The notes: generated from the sequence alone by a model not told the origin. 64,000 nt of DNA from Roseivirga sp. (GCA_029262895.1 JAJCYM010000002.1:40482-104481); one strand, 5' to 3'; counted from the stretch's first letter, positions 51,089 through 60,549 are shown. Numbers and translations: made by a program.

Positions 51089-51118
51089 AATAAAGCCAGC
51101 GAAACCGCTGGCTTTATT
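51089..51118. terminator. Bidirectional terminator between tRNA-Pro and permease 2
   Basis: AATAAAGCCAGCG-aaac-CGCTGGCTTTATT. Confidence 0.75.
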
Positions 51119-51127
51119 GTTTTACCC

Positions 51128-51157
51128 AATCAGAGTCATTCTTCGAAGACTCTGATT
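51128..51157. repeat. TCAGAGTC-N10-GACTCTGA palindrome
   Basis: AATCAGAGTC-attcttcgaa-GACTCTGATT. Confidence 0.65.
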
Positions 51158-51230
51158 GAATTTATGTCGAACGTGACCAAGCTCAAGCCCAAGAACCGTT
51201 TTATTTTATCTGGCAGAAGGTTGACAGTCT

Positions 51231-53840
51231 TCACTCATTCCGAAGTGAGTCTACGGGGTTAGTCATGGCCACTTTTAAGACTTTGAAACTCATAGTTAGG
51301 CCTGCAATTACAAAGGCCATTAAAACTGTAAGGGTAATTATCCCTGACGAAATGGGCACTTTATAAGCAAAGTCATTGAGCCACTCTTTAACAAAGTAAT
51401 AGGCAATCGGGACCGCTAATAGCGAAGCGACCAGTACGAGTAGGTAAATTTGGCTGGTAATTAAAATGAAAATCTGTTTTGCATTGGCTCCAAGAACTTT
51501 ACGAATGGAGATTTCCTTCATTTTGACCTGAGCAGTGTGAGTAGACAAGCCGAATAGGCCTAAACAAGATATGAGGATGGCCAGGATAGTGAAGATGCTG
51601 AAAACTCCCGCAATCTTCTGTTCCGAAGTATACATGTTCTGGAGTTTATCATCCAGGAATTGGTATTCAAAAGGATCATCTGGATAAAAGGATTCCCAAA
51701 CTTTCTCAAGATCGGAGATCAAAATGCTGAAGTTGTTCGATTCAACTTTCACGATGACCTTAGATAAACCTGATGGGAGCGATTCTGAGCTAGAAAAAAT
51801 TGCTGGTTTGATTGCGTTGTGGAGCGATTCAAAATGAAAATTCTTCACAACACCAATCACTTTACTCTTGCTCTTTCCTCTTGAACGAATGTTTTTGATA
51901 GTCAACGGGTCTTCATTCTCGAAAGCACTGGCTAAGGCTTCGTTGAAAATAACGTGATTTTTAATGCTGTCGGATTGCAGATTAAAATTCTCTCCTGCTA
52001 AAATCTCAATGTTGAAAAGCTTGAAAAAATCCTCATCAACAATGTATCGGGTCATTGGTACCGGTATATCGGGATTGGTCGACCGCATAAAGAAATCATC
52101 TCCAGGCACCGAATTGCTAACACTGGTCTGGATAACACCAGATACCTTGCTCATTTCCTGCTTGATGGATTTGTAGTCTTTGCGAAACTTTCCAAAACCG
52201 TTTCCGGGTATCACAATGATTTGCTCAGGTTGATAGCTTAACGTTTGGCTCTTGATAAACCCGAGCTGATTTTGGACTAATACTGCTCCAATAATCAATG
52301 CAATTGCAAAGGTGAATTGGAAGATAACGAGGCCCTTTCTCAACCAGTTACCTTTGTTGGAATGAGTGAAATGACCTTTAAGAGACTCAGCAAACCTGAA
52401 CCTGGAAAGAAGCAAGGAAGGATAGGCCCCTGCCAACATTCCAATGCCTCCAACAGTGAGCACCAAAACAATCAAAAACTCAGGACTGGTTTTGTAGTCA
52501 AAAAACAACTCACGGCCGAGAACAGTTTCGAAGTACGGCAAGCTGGCTTCCACTAGTAGCAAGGAAATTGGAAGTGCAATGAAACAAAAGAGCAGGGATT
52601 CAATTAGAAATTGAGAAATTAACGAACCACGTTGGGCACCAACAACCTTACGAATCCCAACTTCTTGACTCCTCTGAATGGCCCTTGCTGTGCTAAGGTT
52701 AATGTAGTTAATTATTGCAAGAGCAATGATGAGGCTGGCCACAATAATGAACATTGTAATAACTCTTGGATCTGTAGGAGCGACCAGATCATCATCCAAT
52801 TCAATATCTGACTTGACCTTATCAAAACTTTTGAAGGAGTAACTTTGATCGATAAATCTAGCATTGTCGGTGTAGGTTTTTAGCGATGGCACAATTTTTT
52901 CAGCGAGGCTTTCTGAATCAGATCCTGGTACCAATCTTACATAAACCGGTAAGGAAAGGAAGAAATTACCACCGAAGCTGATTTTTTCGTTTTCACCCAA
53001 AACTTGGGTACTCGGGGCAAGAATATCAAACTGGATGCTGGAATTGCCTTTGGGGTCTTCAACAATACCAACGACTTCCAGTGTGGAGTTAGTTCTGTCA
53101 TTCAATTTTAAAAAGCGTCCGATTGGATTTTCGTTGTCGAAATAACGTTTTGCAGTGGCTGTAGTGAGTACTATTTTATTTTTTTCTGAAAGAATTCTGT
53201 TTGGATCCCCCGCAATCAACTTATAGGAAAAGACCTTAAAGAAATCTTGGTCGGTAAAAAGAAATCGTTCTTCCACCATCTTTCGTGAACCGTTTTCCTC
53301 AATGATCACTGTACGATCTGAAAGGCTTAAACGGGTATAAGCCATTATTTCAGGGACCTGTTGAGAAACGGCTGGCAAAAGGCTTGTATGCATATTAACC
53401 GAACGACTCACCTTGCCCTCCTTCTCTGATTCTGATTCAAGTCGATAGACGTCCTGCATATTGACTAGAAAACTATCCATACTCTTGTTGTCCACTACAA
53501 AAAGGGCAATGGTTATTGAACTGGCCAGGCCGATTACCAGGCCAAGGACATTGATGATTGAATAAGTTCTGTTTTTGGCAAAATTCCTAAGCGCCATTTT
53601 TAGATAATATTTGACCATATCGATGAGTTTTGGTTTGCGATTTTCTTTGTTGTGAATTAGAATGTATGGACGGATTGACTTTAAAGCTGTCCAGGTGTAT
53701 ATTTTTCGCGCTTTTTTAGCGCCTTTGGATTCAAGGTTGTCTAGGTAATCTTCGTGGAGATCACCTTCTATTTCTTCCATGATTTGCTTCCCGGCCAGGA
53801 GCCTAAGGAGGAGGAGTGGAAATTTCGGTGGCTTGCTCAA
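51231..53840 (-). CDS. MacB/FtsX-type duplicated ABC permease with prefix domain (copy 2)
   Basis: EVGIRKVVGA, KEISIRKVLGA, NPVDSLRNE; TTG start overlaps the mini-PadR stop. Confidence 0.88.
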   Translation of the reverse strand: MSKPPKFPLLLLRLLAGKQIMEEIEGDLHEDYLDNLESKGAKKARKIYTWTALKSIRPYILIHNKENRKPKLIDMVKYYLKMALRNFAKNRTYSIINVLGLVIGLASSITIALFVVDNKSMDSFLVNMQDVYRLESESEKEGKVSRSVNMHTSLLPAVSQQVPEIMAYTRLSLSDRTVIIEENGSRKMVEERFLFTDQDFFKVFSYKLIAGDPNRILSEKNKIVLTTATAKRYFDNENPIGRFLKLNDRTNSTLEVVGIVEDPKGNSSIQFDILAPSTQVLGENEKISFGGNFFLSLPVYVRLVPGSDSESLAEKIVPSLKTYTDNARFIDQSYSFKSFDKVKSDIELDDDLVAPTDPRVITMFIIVASLIIALAIINYINLSTARAIQRSQEVGIRKVVGAQRGSLISQFLIESLLFCFIALPISLLLVEASLPYFETVLGRELFFDYKTSPEFLIVLVLTVGGIGMLAGAYPSLLLSRFRFAESLKGHFTHSNKGNWLRKGLVIFQFTFAIALIIGAVLVQNQLGFIKSQTLSYQPEQIIVIPGNGFGKFRKDYKSIKQEMSKVSGVIQTSVSNSVPGDDFFMRSTNPDIPVPMTRYIVDEDFFKLFNIEILAGENFNLQSDSIKNHVIFNEALASAFENEDPLTIKNIRSRGKSKSKVIGVVKNFHFESLHNAIKPAIFSSSESLPSGLSKVIVKVESNNFSILISDLEKVWESFYPDDPFEYQFLDDKLQNMYTSEQKIAGVFSIFTILAILISCLGLFGLSTHTAQVKMKEISIRKVLGANAKQIFILITSQIYLLVLVASLLAVPIAYYFVKEWLNDFAYKVPISSGIITLTVLMAFVIAGLTMSFKVLKVAMTNPVDSLRNE

Positions 53841-53989
53841 GATAGGCCCCCTTCCAATTTAGTGATAGGAACCAGCTTCCAAAATGATTCTCTGATGCGT
53901 TTCACCTCAGTGAGCGCTTTCAAGCCCTGTTTCGAAACATAGAAATATCGCTTTTTCTTCCCGCCACGTCTGGGAGAGGCTTTGGCTAA
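53607..53989. repeat. Direct repeat A (PadR 3' half plus permease 5' 78 codons)
   Basis: Colinear with 56385-56767 at a constant offset of 2778 bp; most differences at synonymous sites. Confidence 0.9.
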
Positions 53990-54040
53990 CAGCACTACTT
54001 CTTCAAGTTTGCCTGATAATGTTTCTTTCATGTTATTCAT
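53837..54040 (-). pseudogene. Internally deleted PadR (67 aa); lacks the HTH, frame intact
   Basis: EEVVLLA joined directly to KASPRRGG; 49 codons missing relative to 56615-56965. Confidence 0.8.
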
Positions 54041-56618
54041 TTCTCAATGAATTGATAGGATTAGAAAATGCGACCTTAAGTGTTTGATAGCTTACAGTGA
54101 GCCACGCAATGGCAACAGAAATGATAATGGCAAAGCCGAATATTTCCAGTGAGACAGGCACTTTATAAGCAAAATCCTGTAGCCATTTACCTAAAAAATA
54201 GTAAGCTAAAGGACTGGCAATGATGGATGCTAAAATGATCAGAAGAATAACCTGACGGGAGAGCATAAATGCGATGCGTGGTATGGATGCTCCAAAAACC
54301 TTTCGGATACTGATTTCCTTAGTTCTCACTTGAATGGCGTAAGAGGCATAACTAAAGAGTCCGAGGCAAGAGATGAAAATTGCCAGGACCGTAAATAATT
54401 TAAAAATACGTGCTACTTTCATTTCAGCTGTATAAAGCTGTTCAATCTTGTCGTCTAGAAAATCGAACTGGAAGACCGCATCTGGAAAAAACTTGTTCCA
54501 GGTCTCTTCAAGGCCCTGTAAAGTTGTTGTTAGGTCACCAGTTTCTAATTTCACCAATATTCTTCGGATACTGAAAATCTCGCTCAAGGGTATAAATACA
54601 GTAGGATCCACGGGATTATGCAATGACGCTATGTGGAAGTCTTCTATTACCCCGATTACCCTGCTTGTGTCCTTACCAATCATTCTAAGCTTGGCGCCAA
54701 GGGGGTTTTCTATCTCCATCGCTTTAGCCATTGCTTGGTTGATCAGTAAATGGTTTTTGGCATCTTCATTGACTTCTCTGAAATTTTGGCCTTTTAATAC
54801 TTCCAACTCAAACATGTCTATGAAACCGTCATCTACAAACACCCCGTAAATGGGAAAGTCAAACTCGGAGTTATTAATGATGGATATTGCGCGAGTACCC
54901 GGAACAGCATCTGATGCGCTAACATGCTTAACTCCTGATACTTTCGAAAATTCATCTCTAATTGTGGAGAAATTAGCCCTGTATCTTCCTTCTACACTGA
55001 TGATTTCTTCGGGGTTAAAACTAAAAGATTTGGTTCGAGCAAAATCCAGTTGCTTTTGTATAAGCGAAATACTGACGATGAGACCAATGGAAAATGCGAA
55101 TTGGAACACAACAAGTATTTTTCTAAGTAGGCCTCCTTTTGCTGTTTTGTTAAAGTGTCCCTTTACCACCTCTGAAAACTTGAAGGTTGAGATGAGTTTG
55201 GCAGGGTATATTCCGGCCAAAAGGCCAATGAATATGATCAGGCCTAATGCAGCAAAAATAAACTCAGGGCTATTATAGTACTTGAAGGTTAGGGGGTGGC
55301 CAATGATATTTTCAAAATAAGGAGTGCTAAATTCTATCAATAGAAAAATTACCGGTATAGACAGCAATGTGCACAACAAAGATTCGGAAAGAAATTGCCC
55401 CCATAAATTAGATCTCTTAGCTCCGATTACCTTTCTTATGCCAATTTCATGGCCTCGGTCGATTGCTCGTGCGGTAGCTAAATTTAGATAATTGATAAAA
55501 GCCAATAGAATAATGAAAACAGCAATGATCAGGAATATTTGGGTCAATGCTTTATCAATTGTTTTGACCGTGCCATCGGAGGCATCCATGTTATAAATCA
55601 CCTCTTTGAATGGTGTCAACTGAAATTTCAGGTTCAGTATATTTTCCTTGTCAGTATATTTTTTAAGTATATTATTCGCTTTTTTGAGCACCTGCTCAGG
55701 AGTGGTTTGAGCTTTAAGAAAAAAGTAAGAAGGTATTCGGCTGACCAACATAGACCTGAAATTTATTGGAGGATTAAGGTTGGTGGATTTTGGAATGATA
55801 AAATCATATTGAATGCTGGAATTGGTAGGCATGTTTTTCATCACACCTGAAACCTCAAGCTGTGGACTTCTTTTGTTCGTAGTCTCAAGTATTTCTCCTA
55901 CTACATCTGTCGAATTAAAATATTTGAGTGCCGCCCGTTCGCTTAGTACAATATAATTAGCACGACTCAATGCATCAGTCTTGTTACCAGAGGTTAATTC
56001 GAAACTAAATATTTGGAAAAAGGACACGTCTGCCGAAAGTATCTTTTCTTCAATTAGACTTGGCGTATTACCAATTTTGCTTTTGAAGGTTGTAGCCGTC
56101 TCACTGAATCTTACAAAATTTTCAATTTCAGGAATCTCATTGAACAAAGCCGGGGCAATGCTGGAATGGGTTCGACTCTTGACAACACTTTGTCCCTCAT
56201 CTTCGGCTATTGTTTCTAATCGGTAAATCCGGTCTCGGTCGATGAGTTGATTATCTGTTTGTGCTTGATCTATAATGAAAATGCTGATGAGAATGGTAGA
56301 AGCTAACCCGAGAGAAAGGCCTAGTATATTAACCGTACTGTAAAGGCTGTTTTTTAAAAAGTTACGCCAGGCTACTTTGAAGTGATATTTGACCATATCT
56401 GTAAATTTTGGTTTTCGATTTTCCTTGTTGTGAATTAGAATGTATGGGCGGATTGACCTAAAAGCCGTCCAGGTATATATTTTTCGTGCTTTTTTCGCGC
56501 CTTTAGATTCAAGGTTGTCCAGATAATCTTCATAGAGATCACCTTCTATTTCTTCCATGATTTGCTTCCCGGCCAGTAGCCTAAGGAGAAGCAGTGGGAA
56601 TTTAGGTGGCTTGCTCAA
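54033..56618 (-). CDS. MacB/FtsX-type duplicated ABC permease with prefix domain (copy 3)
   Basis: EIGIRKVIGA, KEISIRKVFGA, NPINSLRNE; TTG start overlaps the PadR stop. Confidence 0.88.
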   Translation of the reverse strand: MSKPPKFPLLLLRLLAGKQIMEEIEGDLYEDYLDNLESKGAKKARKIYTWTAFRSIRPYILIHNKENRKPKFTDMVKYHFKVAWRNFLKNSLYSTVNILGLSLGLASTILISIFIIDQAQTDNQLIDRDRIYRLETIAEDEGQSVVKSRTHSSIAPALFNEIPEIENFVRFSETATTFKSKIGNTPSLIEEKILSADVSFFQIFSFELTSGNKTDALSRANYIVLSERAALKYFNSTDVVGEILETTNKRSPQLEVSGVMKNMPTNSSIQYDFIIPKSTNLNPPINFRSMLVSRIPSYFFLKAQTTPEQVLKKANNILKKYTDKENILNLKFQLTPFKEVIYNMDASDGTVKTIDKALTQIFLIIAVFIILLAFINYLNLATARAIDRGHEIGIRKVIGAKRSNLWGQFLSESLLCTLLSIPVIFLLIEFSTPYFENIIGHPLTFKYYNSPEFIFAALGLIIFIGLLAGIYPAKLISTFKFSEVVKGHFNKTAKGGLLRKILVVFQFAFSIGLIVSISLIQKQLDFARTKSFSFNPEEIISVEGRYRANFSTIRDEFSKVSGVKHVSASDAVPGTRAISIINNSEFDFPIYGVFVDDGFIDMFELEVLKGQNFREVNEDAKNHLLINQAMAKAMEIENPLGAKLRMIGKDTSRVIGVIEDFHIASLHNPVDPTVFIPLSEIFSIRRILVKLETGDLTTTLQGLEETWNKFFPDAVFQFDFLDDKIEQLYTAEMKVARIFKLFTVLAIFISCLGLFSYASYAIQVRTKEISIRKVFGASIPRIAFMLSRQVILLIILASIIASPLAYYFLGKWLQDFAYKVPVSLEIFGFAIIISVAIAWLTVSYQTLKVAFSNPINSLRNE

Positions 56619-56767
56619 GACAGGCCGCCCTCCAATTTGGTAACAGGAACCAGCTTCCAGAATGATTCTCTGATGCGCTTTACTTCGGTGAGTGCCTTCA
56701 AGCCTTGTTTCGAAACAAAGAAATAGCGCTTTTTCTTTCCGCCTCGTCTTGGAGAGGCCTCCGCTAA
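56385..56767. repeat. Direct repeat B (PadR 3' half plus permease 5' end)
   Basis: Partner of 53607-53989. Confidence 0.9.
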
Positions 56768-56965
56768 TTGTGAGGCAAGAAATCCTTTCCTTTCCATGCG
56801 ATAGAGTGCCGAATGAATGGCACTGAGGTTAATGTCACGAGCAGTATGTTTTTCCACTTCTCGTTTGATGGCGTTGGCGTAGGCCTGTCTGTCCTTAATT
56901 ACACAAACAGCAAGCAAGACCACTTCCTCAAATTCTCCTAAAAACGTTCCTTTCATAATTCTCAA
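56615..56965 (-). CDS. PadR-family transcriptional regulator (copy 2)
   Basis: LGEFEEVVLLA, LSAIHSALYRMERKG, RRGGKKKRYF. Confidence 0.92.
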   Translation of the reverse strand: MRIMKGTFLGEFEEVVLLAVCVIKDRQAYANAIKREVEKHTARDINLSAIHSALYRMERKGFLASQLAEASPRRGGKKKRYFFVSKQGLKALTEVKRIRESFWKLVPVTKLEGGLS

Positions 56966-56973
56966 TTAGCAAT

Positions 56974-57036
56974 CATATAAATGTAAATAAAATATGCTAT
57001 GAATCTGAAACCAATTATATAATTGTAAATAATATG
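56974..57036. promoter_or_regulatory. Two candidate PadR boxes
   Basis: CATATAAATGTAAATAAAATATG and TTATATAATTGTAAATAATATG, about 41 nt apart. Confidence 0.5.
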
Positions 57037-57118
57037 TATGCCATCAAGATGTAGCAGACGCAAAAAAAGTTTGAAACCACCAGAAAATGATCTTGATTTT
57101 AAACTTGATTTTATCTTC

Positions 57119-57302
57119 TCAGAGTCATCGCAAGGGACTCTGAAGATAAATTATATTCGGTTCATTTGGTGCCTCAAAATTTGATCACTCAAGTTTGCAA
57201 CTTGGGTGCCTGATTGTTTTGTTCCAGGTCCCAGACTTGAAACATTCAACGAATATAATTTGGTGATCTACCCACTCAGAGTCACCTGCAAGGGACTCTG
57301 AG
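57119..57302. repeat. Two TCAGAGTC-N9/10-GACTCTGA palindromes
   Basis: 57119-57143 (loop ATCGCAAGG) and 57275-57302 (loop ACCTGCAAGG). Confidence 0.7.
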
Positions 57303-57384
57303 GAATAGGAGAGTAATAGAGATCTTCAGACGATGATTTTTTGAAACTAGATGTGAAAACCATGAGCGCCTTCCAGAAAGAAGT

Positions 57385-58176
57385 TTACCCCGTTAAAATT
57401 ACAAATGCCAAGAGGGCCAATGCAAAAAAGGCAGCAATCAAGGCTGCGTTAAATTTGGTTTCCGGATGCTTCCTGATAAAAATGGCGGACAGTGAAGCGA
57501 TATAAACCATTAGTGCCGTGAAGTGCACAATATTGACAAGAATACTTACCGAACGGTAGCGTTCTTCATCATTTCTTCTATAGTCCACATAACCATATAT
57601 GATGGATTTTCGAATGTCAATGGTTTCTCCTATGATAAGTTCATTTTCTGTGTCACGTCTCTTTTCAAAGACTTGATCTCCAGCCTTGACTATCACGAGC
57701 CTAACGTCATCAGGCCTCTTGGTCACCTGAGCTTTCGTTTGCAAACTGGTTATAGTGAGGTTGGGTATTTCCTTATGAAAAATAGAATCTATAAGAAAGG
57801 TAAAGGCAAATAGGAAGGTGACGATGCCAATGTTTCGGGCTAATCCGGCATATTCATTATGATCAATCTTTATTGATCGAGCTGTTCCAGCTTCGTCAAA
57901 AAGTGATCGCCTTTTTCTGTAAATATGAGGGGGTGGATACCTGTCACGAGTGGGTAGCTCTACCTCCGGCAATTCAAAACCCCGATCATAAATAGCGCGC
58001 TTCTTTGGGTCGCTCAAGATGAGATATGCCTCCTGCACCTCCAGAAATTGCATTTCCGCATTGGGTGCGGAATTGACGTCAGGATGAAATTCCAGCGCCT
58101 TAGCGCGATAGGCCTTTTTCAAAGTCCTGGCATCCGCCTTTTCTTCTACTTCCAATATGTCGTAAAGGTCTCTCAA
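57385..58176 (-). CDS. J-domain membrane protein
   Basis: N-terminal J domain with HPD; TM helices in the C-terminal half. Confidence 0.85.
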   Translation of the reverse strand: MRDLYDILEVEEKADARTLKKAYRAKALEFHPDVNSAPNAEMQFLEVQEAYLILSDPKKRAIYDRGFELPEVELPTRDRYPPPHIYRKRRSLFDEAGTARSIKIDHNEYAGLARNIGIVTFLFAFTFLIDSIFHKEIPNLTITSLQTKAQVTKRPDDVRLVIVKAGDQVFEKRRDTENELIIGETIDIRKSIIYGYVDYRRNDEERYRSVSILVNIVHFTALMVYIASLSAIFIRKHPETKFNAALIAAFFALALLAFVILTG

Positions 58177-58286
58177 TTGCTTAGCGAGTCATTCTGGAAT
58201 CTCTTTATAGTTTCATTTCATAAAGCCAGTCTGACAATTAGAAAAGTAACGAATAATTGCCAAATTTAGCCGGACATGTCGTATTG

Positions 58287-59132
58287 ATGGAACAACTAAC
58301 ACACTACCACAACGGAGAATTTCTTAGAGAAAATGAGATTAGTTACTCAGTAAATGATGTAGGACTCTTAAGGGGATATGCCGTTTTCGATTTTTGCAGG
58401 TTGCAAGGAAGCACACCACTTTTTATCGATGATCACCTGGAGCGTTTCCGGCATTCCGCAGGAGAACTTTCTTTGGAAATACCTATTGACCACAATGAGA
58501 TTAAGAATGTTGTTCAGCGATTAATCCGGACCAATGAGCTGCCACAAGGGTCGATCAAAATGATTTTGACTGGTGGTGATTCTGAAGATGGCTTTACACC
58601 CGGTCGGCCGAACATGACCATTCTAAACAAGCCGATTAACTATCCTTCTTCCGAGGCTTATCAAAAAGGGGCAGCATTAATGCTACACGAATTCCATCGT
58701 GAATTTCCGGATGTGAAAAGCACCAATTACCTCACTGCTCTAAAATTGCAAAGCATTTGGAAAGAAAAAGGCTATTTGGATGTGCTTTACCATTCCGGAG
58801 ATGTGGTTTGGGAAGTTTCTCGCAGCAGCGTTTTCTTTTTTGATGGAGATAAACTGGTCACCAACAAGGAAGGGGTACTTAAAGGAATTACAGCTTCAAA
58901 AGTATTGGAAGCCTGTCAAAATAAATTTGAAATTGTTATCCGGCCAATCAGCCTAAATGAACTGTTGAATGCTGAAGAAGTATTTATTACCAGCACTACC
59001 AAATTGGTTATGCCTATTGTGAGACTTGGCGATCAAATCATCGGCTCAGGTAGACCTGGCAATAGAACGGCACAGGTAAGGACTGCTTACGATAAATTTG
59101 TGGCGCAGTATATCCAAACCCATGGAGGGTGA
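58287..59132 (+). CDS. Class IV PLP aminotransferase (IlvE/Dat/PabC family)
   Basis: RGYAVFD, HLERF, VKSTNY (PLP lysine), LKGIT, FITST; ATG at 58287. Confidence 0.88.
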   Translation: MEQLTHYHNGEFLRENEISYSVNDVGLLRGYAVFDFCRLQGSTPLFIDDHLERFRHSAGELSLEIPIDHNEIKNVVQRLIRTNELPQGSIKMILTGGDSEDGFTPGRPNMTILNKPINYPSSEAYQKGAALMLHEFHREFPDVKSTNYLTALKLQSIWKEKGYLDVLYHSGDVVWEVSRSSVFFFDGDKLVTNKEGVLKGITASKVLEACQNKFEIVIRPISLNELLNAEEVFITSTTKLVMPIVRLGDQIIGSGRPGNRTAQVRTAYDKFVAQYIQTHGG

Positions 59133-59168
59133 TTGGGATTAATTATTAGGCGCTCAGCAAGGGAAGAG

Positions 59169-59984
59169 TTAACCAACCTGACCAGCTACCTGCATGGCCT
59201 CCATGGTCGGGTTTTCGCTACCACCTTTAGGCTCAATAGTGACTGCGAACATACTGGCATTCCCTACATTTTTCATCTTAACCAAACCTTGCTGGTCAAA
59301 ATTGAAAACACCTAAATCAACTGGTGTACCATCAACTATGGCCCAAAGCTGATATTGCTGCTCTTCTGTGAGGCTCTTCAGGTTTTGGACATTTAAATAG
59401 GCCTCCTCGGTTTTGGCATTCCAGTAGATACTTGCAGACAAGCTTTCCCCGGGATTTACTTCCGACATATTAATGCGTGCAAAATCAGCATTGCCGATTA
59501 CATCAATATCAGCAACTAATTGATCCAATCGATTATTCACTTGATTGTACTGATCGGCCATCTGACTATTGGCGGCCTGTAATTGACTATAGGCATCTTG
59601 AGCGCCTTTCCACTTATTATGGTAATCGTAAGCCATGTAAGAGCTTATAAGGGCCAAGGCAATAGCGGCAGCAGCCACATAATTCCAGATATTGGATTTT
59701 GGCGGATCCATTGAAACCACCTTGGTCTCTTGTTGCACAGGAGCTGGTTCTGCCGCTGCTGTTGGTTCCAGTTCTTTTAAGATGTTGGCCTTTAAATCCG
59801 CTGGCGGTCGCACTGCAGTTTCCAAAGCCAGAAGTTCAAGGTTCTCCTCAATGGCTAACAGTTCTTGCCGAATTTCAGGGTATTTAGCCAGCATGTCATC
59901 TACCTCAGCACGTTCAGTTGCCGATAGCGTATCAAGGGCGTATGCCTCGAGTATTCCTGACGATATGTAGTCTCTGATATCCAC
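59169..59984 (-). CDS. Anti-sigma factor (RskA-like)
   Basis: YISSGILEAYAL N-terminus, single TM, QYQLWAI and FAVTIEPKGGS motifs. Confidence 0.88.
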   Translation of the reverse strand: MDIRDYISSGILEAYALDTLSATERAEVDDMLAKYPEIRQELLAIEENLELLALETAVRPPADLKANILKELEPTAAAEPAPVQQETKVVSMDPPKSNIWNYVAAAAIALALISSYMAYDYHNKWKGAQDAYSQLQAANSQMADQYNQVNNRLDQLVADIDVIGNADFARINMSEVNPGESLSASIYWNAKTEEAYLNVQNLKSLTEEQQYQLWAIVDGTPVDLGVFNFDQQGLVKMKNVGNASMFAVTIEPKGGSENPTMEAMQVAGQVG

Positions 59985-59985
59985 T

Positions 59986-60537
59986 TTAATCCTTGACCTT
60001 TCTTCGTAAATGTTTAAGCGCAGAACGCAACCTGGATTTCACTGTGCCCAAAGGTATATTATATTCCTCAGACAGTTCAGAGTGAGAAAAGCCTTCAAAA
60101 TAAACCTTCTGTAGAACGAATTGCTGTTCGCTTTCTAGTTCAGCAATCAATTCCCTTACGCCTATTCCATCTACAGGAATATGGGAACTGTTCTGAAGAT
60201 CAATTGTATATACGAAGTCTTCTACCGCATCAGTTTTAGCAGATCGCTTAATTTCTCTGGATCGGATTTTATCAATAGCAGCGTTTCTGGTCAAATTCAG
60301 CATCCAGGTAAATAGGCGCCCCTTCTGGCTGTCATAAAGGCCTATCTTCTCCCAAATTTTGAGAAAAATATCCTGAACAACCTCCTGAGTAACCTCTTCT
60401 TGTTGAATGATCCTCAAAGCAGCACCATAAAGCGCAGCGCCATACTTATCATACAGATAAGATAAAGCCTCCTTGTCCTTTCTTTTTAATCTCAGGACAA
60501 GGTCGCTTTCTTCTATATGGGCTAGCTGCGCACTAAT
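59986..60537 (-). CDS. ECF RNA polymerase sigma factor (SigK-like); start codon uncertain, possibly ATT
   Basis: VVQDIFLKIW, LFTWMLNLTRNAAID, IPLGTVKSRLR; frame open upstream to the lpdA stop and encodes the conserved N-terminal helices. Confidence 0.85.
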   Translation of the reverse strand: MSAQLAHIEESDLVLRLKRKDKEALSYLYDKYGAALYGAALRIIQQEEVTQEVVQDIFLKIWEKIGLYDSQKGRLFTWMLNLTRNAAIDKIRSREIKRSAKTDAVEDFVYTIDLQNSSHIPVDGIGVRELIAELESEQQFVLQKVYFEGFSHSELSEEYNIPLGTVKSRLRSALKHLRRKVKD

Positions 60538-60549
60538 GAGTTCTGTTGA

